A stretch of 64,000 bases of DNA from Chrysomallon squamiferum (lineage: Eukaryota; Animalia; Mollusca): the NCBI GenBank assembly GCA_012295275.1, contig CM022667.1:19902001-19966000 (forward strand), in the 5' to 3' direction. Below the pieces are notes generated by a model. It was not told the origin of the DNA and did not search any database. It saw only the letters and a program-made list of their open reading frames with translations. The translations under genes and the position numbers were made by a program. Below, one piece after another: positions 32,519 to 45,100 of the stretch (within the stretch, counting starts at the first letter, position 1; every line of letters starts with the position of its first letter).

Positions 32519-35500
32519 GTGTGTGTATATATGTGAAAATAAGTTAAAGGATTTTTAATATATGTATTTGTATCTGCCTGTCTATTTGTTTATTTATCTT
32601 GGAATGCAAAGCTTCTAATTTTGGGTCATCATTTAAAATAAAAAAAACAACAACATATTTTTCAGTTCCGTCGTGAAGCTCTGCAGAAGTTAAACCAAAT
32701 AATGTCAGCTGATTTTGTCAACAGTAACCACTGGTCAATACTGCGTGAAAACCTGCACAGTGTCATGTCTGACCCTGATGAACATCTCTCTGTGAGTGTC
32801 TTTTTTACATCAGTACAACATATTTGAAGCTTTTACTAAATATTTATGAGTTCTAGCCAAGACTTCCATCACAAATCTTTAAAAAGTAGCTTTCTTTTAA
32901 GTCTCTGATTATATGTACACAAACTGCAGACTCCAGTTTAAACTTTATTTTTTCATTCAATTTTGTCATGAAATCTCTAAATCAACATTTCAAAATCCAA
33001 AGTAAAAGTGAATACTGCAGATGATCAAACTTGAAAGAGATTACTTTTTGATGAATGATTCTTCAGAAATTTGTTTATAGTGTGTATGCTAAAAAAAACC
33101 AACAACAGCAACTGAATATATGATCAGACACTGAGGCATCTCTCCTCTGTGGTTTTGGTGTAAGATCAGTGACTGTTTTGCTGTAATGTTTTAATCTTTT
33201 TTGTTACTATAAACAAACGTTTGTTTTTCAGAATCTGAGTCTCAAGTTCATTGCCAAAGCTTTTACCAGCACTTCCAACCAGACTCGTGAGATCTACACT
33301 TTACTCAGTGAGTAGCTCACTGTTCTTTAACTCACCATTGTATTTTTTCACTTTTCAATAAGCATTTCTTCTCAACATTTATTTATTTTGGTTAGATCTT
33401 CCAGGATGTTAGAATTTGTGGTTTGCTTTCCACTCAGCTTAGATATGAATAATATTTTCTGTACCACACCTGTGAGTGAATTACTTGTGAAATCTTTTTT
33501 TTTTTTTTATTAATTTCAGCTGACTTCTTGGCAAATAAATTTCATGATCCCAACAGCCACATTCCACATTTGAAGCAAGGACTTGAAACAACGACTCCAG
33601 AAAACACTAAACTTCTGAAAGCAGTAAGTAATAAAATTTCAGCAAAAAGTTCCACATTTATCATTTTGCTTTAAAATTAAAAAAAGTTTAAAAACAAATT
33701 CTGACTGTTTATAACATTGAACAGTCAATGCTGGCGTCTTCTCATTATGACAAGAATATTTTTAATATCATCAGAAAATTGTTCAAGTGTAAATTGATAA
33801 TTTTATTAATACTCTTAACTTACATCATGTTTTCTCAGTTCCATTTTGCAGATATTCATAACAATAATGCATATACATTTTCTGTTCAGTTCACATGATA
33901 AAATATATGTATGTATAATTTATTGATGGCAGATACATCTCTGCAATAACTATAGATAAATATCCAGACATAGTCATCTAAATTAAATCTCAGAGTATAT
34001 TTATTATTGTGCTTAACAAAATTTAAATCGCATATATAAATAAATTTGACTGGATAATTGAAGTCATCAATAAGTTTGTTAATATAGTTATTTTTGTTTT
34101 TTTTAAAATTTAGTTTCGACTGATGAACGAGTTTCAGCAGGAGACACCCAATTACTGGATTCGTTATCCTGACAGGTTAGTACGTACACACACACAGACA
34201 GACAAACAGACAAAGATACATACACAAACACACACACACACACTTAGATAACCTCTTACCATCAGTTGCTATTTTAATAATTTATGTTGATTGATAAATT
34301 CTGCTGTATGATAATAATAATAATAATAATAATAATAATAGTAATAGTAATAGTAATAGTAATAGTAATAGTAATAGTAATAATAGTAATAATAATAATA
34401 ATAATAACAACAACAACATACATGGAGATATTTAACTAATTGTAGTTTTGTGATTGTAGGTATCTGCTGGAGATTCTGGAGAGTACTCTGAATCTGTTCT
34501 CTATTCACCACTCACCTGGTCTTGGTCCATCGCCTCGGCTCACTCCACTGCACTTTGTTGCGCTGATTGATCCAAAAGCCCAGTGGTTTATAAGATGGAT
34601 GGTAATTGTTTTTGTTATAAATAAAGAAAAGAAGAAACATTATTTACAAAAAAGTTTTACAAGATGATACCCCTTTTTCTCTGTTTATGTTTTATAGCAA
34701 CTAAAAAAATGTTCACAGAATTTATAGGATTAAATAAAGTCATTTAAAAACATGATTCAAACAATTGAAACAGTTGAAATTAAAAAAAAATTACAATAAT
34801 TTGTTGTGTATACTGTTCTTACATATTTTTGAAATCCTAGAATGTCGCAAAAAAAAAGCATTAAAATTTCCTGTCAACAGCAAAATTATGAAATTATCAA
34901 GATATATTTAAAAACATAATAATAATAATAATAAAATAATAATAATAATAATAATAATTTTTATTATATGAAATTAAAGTCATGTAATACTGTGATGCAA
35001 AAACAAGTCAGTTAAAAAACACTATAGATGTGGCTGAGTCAAAATCATATTTGTGCATTGTCCTGGAAATTTTTTAATTATAAATATTTATAGGTATAAG
35101 AATCATTTATTAGGTCACAACTGTTGTTGTTTTCTCCTTCAGCATGGTAACTATAGTCGGAAAGATTTACTACAAACTCTAGAGAAACACAGATCAATTG
35201 TAAGTATTTTCAAATCCAAGTTTTATATTTCACTTACCGATTATTTCAGATGTCAATATAAAATTCAGTTTTGAAATAACATTTCTTATGTTTAAAATAA
35301 GATATACTGAGAAGTATAACAATTACAGAATAATAATTACCATCTACAGACCCAGTATTTTAAATTTACTGAGAAACTGTTACTGCAATTAACATTTATC
35401 AATAAATAATTTGTGTTTAAGATCTGCAGATAAATAAGTACAGTGTATATTCAAGGTTTACTGAGAGTTTATTCTGTAAAATTTATATATTTGGTTTTAG

Positions 35501-36066
35501 TGAAAATAAACTACAGTCAGTTTTACATTTAAGATTTATATAATTGGTTATGTATTTCAAATTTAGTGGAAATAAATTACATATGATTTATATATACTGA
35601 GAAGTAATTACAGTGTAATTTATATATACTTATTTAAAATTTACTTAGAAATAAAACTTACAATTGTTTATGAATTTAATACACATGATCTATACTGAGA
35701 AATAATTGCAGGTGTAATATACATATACTGTATTTAAATTTTACTAATTAATAAAATTACAGTTGTTTATTAATTTAATAATTTATAATTTAAGGTTGAG
35801 AATGCAGTCAAACACTGTCTGGATTTCTCAGCAGCGAGGAAGAACTGTTTTGACATGGTCAGTGATGTCTCTGACTCAGTCTCTAAGTTCTCTTTAGGTG
35901 AGAAACTTTTTATCTTCCACTTTCAAAACAATAACAAAAATATTTAACTTACTAAATAGCTTGAAAATGTAGACTTTGCTATTTGATATTTTATTTATGT
36001 TTTGCTCAAATAATCTTATTTGATTTTAATCTGTTTTACTTTGAGTTATTACATATATTGTCTGTC

Positions 36067-36120
<54 letters not shown>

Positions 36121-39100
36121 CATGCACACTTTTTTTATATCAAATGACAACTTTATATATCTAATATAAATATTAAAAACAGGCTCAGAAACACACACCA
36201 GCATGGCCACATGAAAAAATAATCATATCTTTTTATTTATTTTAATTTTTAAATTTTTAGCCAGTGGTGATACAAAGAGAACATTTTACACTGGCTCAGA
36301 ACTGGATTATCTCTACTTCGTTCATTCTGTCTGTTTCCTGGGACGAATGCTTTGCTTTGTCAATGGACGAAACTTTTTCCCTATTAAAGTGAAAGACGTC
36401 AAAGGTAAATTCTTGTTACAAAAATTACTCCTCAATAGTTAACGGCTAGAAATGTAAATCTGTCATTTGGTGAAACTTAAATATTGCTGTACAGTGAAAC
36501 TGTGGGTTACGAACTTAATCCGTTCCAGAGCTTGGTTCGTAAACTGAATTGTATGTAAACCAAAGTGTTGAAGTAATGTAAATGTAAACAATCCGTTCCA
36601 GCCCCCAGAATCATTTTATTTTCATTGTTTTCAGGGCTTTTTTTACACAGAATAAACATAGAATAGATAGAAATAACATGTATTTATCTTTACTAGATGT
36701 TGATGTCAAAACCAATGTCAAAAGAAAGCTTGTTGTAGCGTGTTGCTGTAGTTCGTAACTCAGGACATTATTCGTAAACTGAAACAAAAATTGAACAAGA
36801 TCACAGTTCATAATCTGATTTGTTCATGCTTCAAGGTGTTTGTAACCCGAGGTTCTGCTGCATTTTGTTAAAATGACTTTTACATTTCAGTTTGTTGACT
36901 TTTAGATTTCAGATAAGCCTGTTTGATTTGATAAAAAAGGAAGATAAATAATTTAATTGTTTGTTTGTTTCAGAGCCAGTCAGTGTTAGTCAGTTGTTGA
37001 AGGCTCTGGCTTTGTTTATTGTTGACCCAAGCAGCACTCCACAACACATCAAATCTTCATCAAGTAAGTCTGAACAGTTAGAAATATATATATATTTCTT
37101 CTTGTTAATAGCTTTTTTCACTGTATTATAAAAATGAGAAATGTCACTGGATATGTGAAACAGTGTTTAATTTTTTTTTTTTTTTTTTCATTTGGAAATG
37201 GAATTATCTATTATTGGATTTGTTTGTTTGTTTCATTTTATTTTAATTTTATTATTATTATTATTATTTTTTTTTTTTTAGAGTTGTGGGTTAGTTATGC
37301 ATACAGAGAGTTGTGGGAAAATGGCTATGAAATATGTTGTTCATGTGTTATCTGAGAAATCGTTCTTTAATTTGATTTTGTCTATTAGAAAAAAAATCTG
37401 GGTTATAAATTTAATTTCTAATTCAGTATCAAAGTGTCTGTTTTTAGCTAAATAATTTATGTCTTTGACTACTAATGTATTTGTAATATTTTAATAGCTG
37501 TGTTTGACTAAGTATTTTATTTGTAATATTTTAAAGCTGTGTTTGACTAGGTATTTTATTTGTAATATTTTAAAGCTGTGTTTGACTAGGTATTTTATTT
37601 GTAATGTTTTAATAGCTGTGTTTGACTAGGTATTTTGTTGTAATGTTTTAGAGGTGTGTTTGACTGTGTATTTTACTTGTATGTTTGTGTTCAGGTATGT
37701 ATGATCCAGCCAGTATTGTGAAGTCTGTGTTTGTGTATTTTACTTGTATGTTTGTGTTCAGGTATGTATGATCCAGCCAGTATAATGAAGTCTGTGTTTG
37801 TGTATTTTACTTGTATGTTTGTGTTCAGGTATGTATGATCCAGCCAGTATTGTGAAGTAAGTGTTTGTGTATTTTACTTGTATGTTAGTGTTCAGGTATG
37901 TATGATCCAGCCAGTATAGTGAAGTCTGTGTTTGTGTATTTTACTTGTATGTTTGTGTTCAGATATGTATGATCCAGCCAGTATAGTGAAGTCTGTGTTT
38001 GTGTATTTTACTTGTATGTTTGTGTTCAGATATGTATGATCCAGCCAGCATAGTGAAGTCTGTGTTGAAGGAACTGTGTCACTCTGAACAGGTGTGTGAG
38101 ATTTGTCTCTGCAATGATGACTTCACAAACACTCTGCTCTCACCAGTCGCTCAGTTCTACGATTATGACGACATGGTAAGTACCATCCAGTTTTAGTATA
38201 CATATTTGTATTATAGATATATTAGATTATGAGAAATAAAAATAAATAAATAAATTTAAAAAAAAAAGACAAAAAATACAGAATTAACTATTGTGGCTTT
38301 TAGAAGCAATTAGTTAAAACAATACCATAGTCAGCTTTATTAAATTGTATAATGATTATAAGATAACAAGTATTTTGTTCTGTTATGTTGTCAAGGAGAT
38401 GAGTCTACCCACTGAAGATACTCTGCTTCATGTGGCAGATATTCTCAGCTTACTCGCTTCCTCCACCAGAGGGCGCCGGCATCTCTTATATGGAGAAAGA
38501 CATGACATGTTTTCTAGGACCAAGTGAGTAGATTTGTAATAACTGACAAGTCATATGCATTTATTCTTAGCTTACAGCACATTTTTGGTATATAACTTAA
38601 AATGATACATTTCCAGTCTTGAAATAAAATAATTTAAGATTACTTACATATTGGTTATTATCTGGTTTCAGAACCACCTGTTTCAAAATATTGAGATAAA
38701 ATGTGTTTTCAATTCATGTAGTCATAATAATGTCATTAAATATTTTTTTATTTTATCAGATATTTGTAAAATTGTAACAAATGCATGTTTGATATTTTCA
38801 GCTGCTCAGAATATTCTGATATAATAAATATAATTACCTGTTCATTAATTGTTTATAATTCATGATTAAATATGGTTTTCAGATCCTTAGCTTTTTACAT
38901 GTTTCTGTTTGAATCTATATTCCAGTTCATTAGCTAGTTTATAAAATTGCGATCAAACACATTTTTCAGATTTTAAACTATTTATGAAATTGTGATTTAA
39001 CATATTTTTCATACCTTAAGCTATTCATAAAATCATTTTTTTCAGATCTTAAGGTTGTGTGAAATGTTTTTTTTTGTTCAGATCTTCGGCAGCTCATGTG

Positions 39101-42100
39101 ATTGCCAAGTTCACCAAGAAGTCTCTGATGTCGAGTTCGTCAGTGACGAAGTTTTCTCAGCCATCTCTCACAGTGATTGGAGCCTTCCTCTACATCTGCA
39201 GACAGCTGTACAACACCTGCGAAGGCTTGCTTGTCCTCTACCCATACGACCTTCATGTTCACATAGCCAAGGCTGGGAAAGAAGTATGTCATTCCCAACA
39301 TACTAAAACATACCAAGCTGTCTTACTAATGTATACATTTGGTCCTCACAATGCCAAGAAAGAGATTGAAGTAGGTTTTTGTATGACTAACTTTTGCATG
39401 CAAGATGAAGATTTATTTCTGTTAAGTGATGTGTTAACACAAGGTGAAAAAGAAGCCACAGCCAAAGAACTGTGCACATTTTTGTATTTTATTTTATGTT
39501 GGTTTTTGTTGCTTTGTTTTGTTTAGTTGTCGTTATTTATATTATTTTGTTTTGTTTTGTTTGTTTGTTTATTTATTTGGTTTTATTTATTTATTTATTT
39601 ATTTGCATATGCAACACTGCATAATAAAGAAATGTCGCTTTAGCTATTTTAAATGAATATATCAGAAGGCTGTGTGAAAAAACACAAAAACATTCTAACC
39701 TTAAGTCTGTGTTTATTCATTTAAATAACAATTTATTAAAGACAATGAGAAACTGGATTTTTATTTATTTAAATTTTTTAACAGAAAATCTCCTGTTAAG
39801 AATTAATTTTTTTTTCACAAATCAGTTAACAATTTTATTTTATTTTTTATTTTAAATTAATTTATTTTATTTTTTGTTGTTACTTGTTTTGTTTTTTATC
39901 TGTTTATATAATTTATTTTGTTTACTGATGAATCTTTTGATTCTGATTTTGATTTTGAGTGCATGCATTTGTTATTGTTTATATTTACATTTTCATGTAT
40001 ATAAAATGTGTGTATTTTTGTTGTTGTTAATTCTTTTTAAAAATCTGTAATAAAAAATATAAATTAAAAAAAAATACATTGAAAAGAACATTAAGAATTA
40101 ATTAATATAAGAAAAATATTATTTTCAAAAGAGAATTATAAAGACACTGTTAAAATATTGTTGTTTCTGTTGTATTATAGTTTATTGTGTGTTTTTTTTC
40201 TAGGCAGCCCAGGCCTCGGAACGAGCAGCAACACCAACCCCAGCAGACACTGGGTGTGAAGCCAAACCTCCCAGCATGTAAATATGAATAACTAAATACC
40301 TGTATCACTAACAACACTGTAACACTTGTTAACTAGAGGTATCTGTACTGCCTGCATTTTGAAATAATAAAACTGTGACGGAAATATCTAAATTGAAATG
40401 TTTAGTCGACATCAGAATTTTAGAAAGTTGTGAACCACTTTTTTAAACTGAGTTTGGAAATACACTTCTTTTTTTTATAGATATACAGAATATTTCTTTA
40501 ACTCAGACTTATTTTAATGTGTTTTTTTTTATTTGTACACTGAGATTCATTTATTGTTGTCATTTAGATAGTGTCTAAATATAATTATTTAGTGTCCAAT
40601 ATAATTATTTTTGAAAGCATATTTCAGTAAGTCATATTTGCATCAATGTTTCTGTAAGTCTTTATATTATGTTTATGACAGTAAGATTTGTGTCATAGCA
40701 AGAGGCATGGAGAATATTTTTAAACATTTGTTTAGTGTAGCTAGTTAACCATGAGTGATTAATTTGCAGACATTTCTGGGAAGCGAATCTTCGAGACAAT
40801 CTGCTGAACTTTGCTGGAACACCAAAAGGAATTCTACTTTTACAGCTTACAGGTGACATCAATGACCGTGTTTTCTACATGTACACACGCTACGAGAAAA
40901 AACTACAGGTGTGCAAGAGTTTCTTTAATAACAAATATTTTATTTATTTATTTATTTACTTATATACTGAATAAAACAAATTTTCATTTGTTCATTCAGT
41001 CTGAATTCAAACTTTTCCTGAATCATATCAAAATATGGTTATTCGGAAAAATTTCACAAGGAAAAATTAATGAGATGTTTTGATGTTTGTCTATTTTTGA
41101 TGTTTTTTATCATTAATTTGTATTTCAAGTATGTTCATATTTGTGAATACTCTGTATTTCATCTCCACTCAATGCAGGTCAGCAAATGTGAGAAGTTTGG
41201 TTATGGTGTCATGGTAACACAAGTTGCAGCTACAGCACCAGGAATGGCAGCACTCCAAAACACAGGTCAGAGTTGTTTGTTTTTTATTTTTATATAAATA
41301 TGAAGTAACAAAAAGTTAAAAATATTTTAAAAGTTTAATATATAATATATAAAAAAATCCAGACAAAACAATTTTTGTAATAAATCAATAATTTTCATAT
41401 TCAACAAAAAACAACAAGAAATTAAAATCAAATTTAATTTCTCTTTTTTCATTTTTTTTTTTTTTTTTTAAAAGGTATTTTTGGGGTGTCTCCAAAATAT
41501 TTATAGTAAACTGTTAAACCAAGCTTGTGTATTTCTTTCATTCAGAATTACATTAATATTGTTATTTACTTGTACACAGAGATTTGCTTATTGTTGTTAA
41601 ATATTAAAATGGTGCATTCGTGTGAGTTTTAGTATATTTGTGTAGGTATTAAATGCATTGTTTTCACAAAGTTACTTTTTATTTATTACATAGATATATG
41701 AATTATAGAAATTTACTGTTATATTTTATTTATAGATTAGTGAATTTATACATTGATTTCAATTCCAACTGTTCAATTTAATAAAGGGTAAAAATTGAAA
41801 ATATTTGTTAACATACAAAATATATTTTTCAGGATATATCAAGGCTCTGTTAACCGAGTTGTGGTCATCTTTAGAATGTGGACCATCTGATGACCTCATC
41901 TTTACACCCAAGTCATGGCCAGTGGACACTATAGAAAGAACATCACATAAAGTAAGAATTAGTCACATCTGAAGTAAGAGATTATATTTTACAAATAATT
42001 AAAACCTGTATGCATTACCAAACATTAAATTATATCTGTATATATAAATAATAATTTTAAAATATTTTACAAATAATTAAAACATGTATCCATAACTAAA

Positions 42101-45100
42101 CATTAAATTATATCCATAATATATGAATAATAATTTTAAAAAGGTCAAGCCCATAATTTAATAATAACACACCATAAACATAATTTTTAAAACATAAGGA
42201 ATTATTCATTTAATAATAATGATGTGTTTTATTTCTGTTATTTCAGCATTTAGTGAGACTTCTGAACATTCTATCAGCATTCCCGGCAGTGTATGAGGTT
42301 TTAGCAGACAAACCACTGCCAGTCAAAGAGAGCTACGGCTTCAGACAGATACCAGACACCATTGATGTGAGAGAAACATATTTACCTTTTCATTTTTACT
42401 AACTACTTATCTGTAATCAGTTCACTGAATAGTCACATTTTCCTTGATTTATAAAACATATTGTTGTGTGTCACTTAGTGTGGATGATTGCTAATAACAA
42501 CACTTAGTCTGGCAGCTATAGGTTTCCTTGCTTTCAATTACTGACCATAAAATACTTTTATAATATTCATGGATAAATGGTTAAACTTGTTATGACTTGA
42601 TCAAATATTTAAATTTTAATTATACAAATTTTAATATTGCACAAAACAGCTGAAAAAAAAAGAAATTAGAACCACTAAAATGCAGCTGACTGTTAAAGAA
42701 ATACAATGGAAGTCTTGGTTTATTCATAATAATGTTGTTGATTTTTAAGAATTTATTCATGATACAATATATTTCAGGGTTTGCTAGATCGACTGACAAT
42801 CGTAGACACTCCAGAAAAGATTCATTCTCTTTTTAACTATGAACAGTCTCATGTTTTTGGACTGAGGTAATTCAATTTTATAGTTAAATAAATAAATTAT
42901 TTATATATATGTTTGTGTGTGTTTGTGTGGGTGTATTTTTTTTTTATTATTATTATTATTATATCATTTTTGGTTTATCTCTTCTGTTTTCTAAATCTTG
43001 CTGTCAGTATTTCTAGGCAATAAATATTAAAAATTACAGTTATTACAGCTACAAATTTAAAGCCAGAGAGTATTTCACATTACAGTGTTTGACTGTTTTT
43101 AATGTGTTCACAGGGTTCTGAGTGTGATGGTTTGCTGTCTGGACACATTTCTCTTGTTGCAGTGTCAGTACAAGTTCCAGGAAGTTCTCCTCCGAGCCCA
43201 GGCTGGTAACAAACACGACGGGTTAGAATCTTTTACATACTTCACATACCACAAGTAGCGTTAACTCTTGTTACAGTTAAATATTTCACATACCACAAGT
43301 AGCGTTAACTCTTGTTACAGTTAAATACTTCACATACCACAAGTAGCGTTAACTCTTGTTACAGTTAAATACTTCACATACCACAAGTAGCGTTCACTCT
43401 TGTTACAGTTAAATACTTCACATACCACAAGTAGCGTTAACTCTTGTTACAGTTATATACTTCACATACCACAAGTAGTGTTAACTCTTGTTACAGTTAA
43501 ATACTTCACATACCACAAGTAGCGTTAACCTCTTGTTACAGTTAAATACTTCACATACCACAAGTAGCGTTAACTCTTGTTACAGTTAAATACTTCACAT
43601 ACCACAAGTAGCGTTAACCTCTTGTTACATTTAAATACTTCACATACCACAAGTAGCGTTAACTCTTGTTACATTTAAATACTTCACATACCACAAGTAG
43701 CGTTAACTCTTGTTACAGTTAAATACTTCACATACCACAAGTAGCGTTAACTCTTATTACAGTTAAATACTTCACATACCACAAGTAGCGTTAACCTCTT
43801 GTTACATTTAAATACTTCACATACCACAAGTAGCGTTAACTCTTGTTACAGTTAAATACTTCACATACCACAAGTAGCGTTAACTCTTGTTACAGTTAAA
43901 TACTTCACATACCACAAGTAGCGTTAACTCTTGTTACAGTTATATACTTCACATACCACAAGTAGCGTTAACCTCTTGTTACATTTAAATACTTCACATA
44001 CCACAAGTAGCGTTAACTCTTGTTACATTTAAATACTTCACATACCACAAGTAGCGTTAACCTCTTGTTACATTTAAATACTTCACATACCACAAGTAGC
44101 GTTAACTCTTGTTACATTTAAATACTTCACATACCACAAGTAGCGTTAACTCTTGTTACAGTTAAATACTTCACATACCACAAGTAGCGTTAACTCTTGT
44201 TACAGTTAAATACTTCACATACCACAAGTAGCGTTAACCTCTTGTTACATTTAAATACTTCACATACCACAAGTAGCGTTAACTCTTGTTACAGTTAAAT
44301 ACTTCACATACCACAAGTAGCGTTAACTCTTGTTACAGTTAAATACTTCACATACCACAAGTAGCGTTAACTCTTGTTACAGTTATATACTTCACATACC
44401 ACAAGTAGCGTTAACCTCTTGTTACATTTAAATACTTCACATACCACAAGTAGCGTTAACTCTTGTTACATTTAAATACTTCACATACCACAAGTAGCGT
44501 TAACTCTTGTTACATTTAAATACTTCACATACCACAAAGCGTTAACTCTTGTTACAGTTAAATACTTCACATACCACAAGTAGCGTTAACTCTTGTTACA
44601 GTTAAATACTTCACATACCACAAGTAGCGTTAACTCTTGTTACAGTTAAATACTTCACATACCACAAGTAGCGTTAACCTCTTGTTACATTTAAATACTT
44701 CACATACCACAAGTAGCGTTAACTCTTGTTACAGTTAAATACTTCACATACCACAAGTAGCGTTAACTCTTGTTACAGTTAAATACTTCACATACCACAA
44801 GTAGCGTTAACTCTTGTTACAGTGAAATACTTCACATACCACAAGTAGCGTTAACTCTTGTTACAGTTAAATACTTCACATACCACAAGTAGCGTTAACT
44901 CTTGTTACAGTTAAATACTTCACATACCACAAGTAGCGTTAACTCTTGTTACAGTTAAATACTTAACATACCACAAGTAGCGTTAACTCTTGTTACAGTT
45001 AAATACTTCACATACCACAAGTAGCGTTAACACTTGTTACAGTTAAATACTTCACATACCACAAGTAGCGTTAACTCTTGTTACATTTAAATACTTCACA

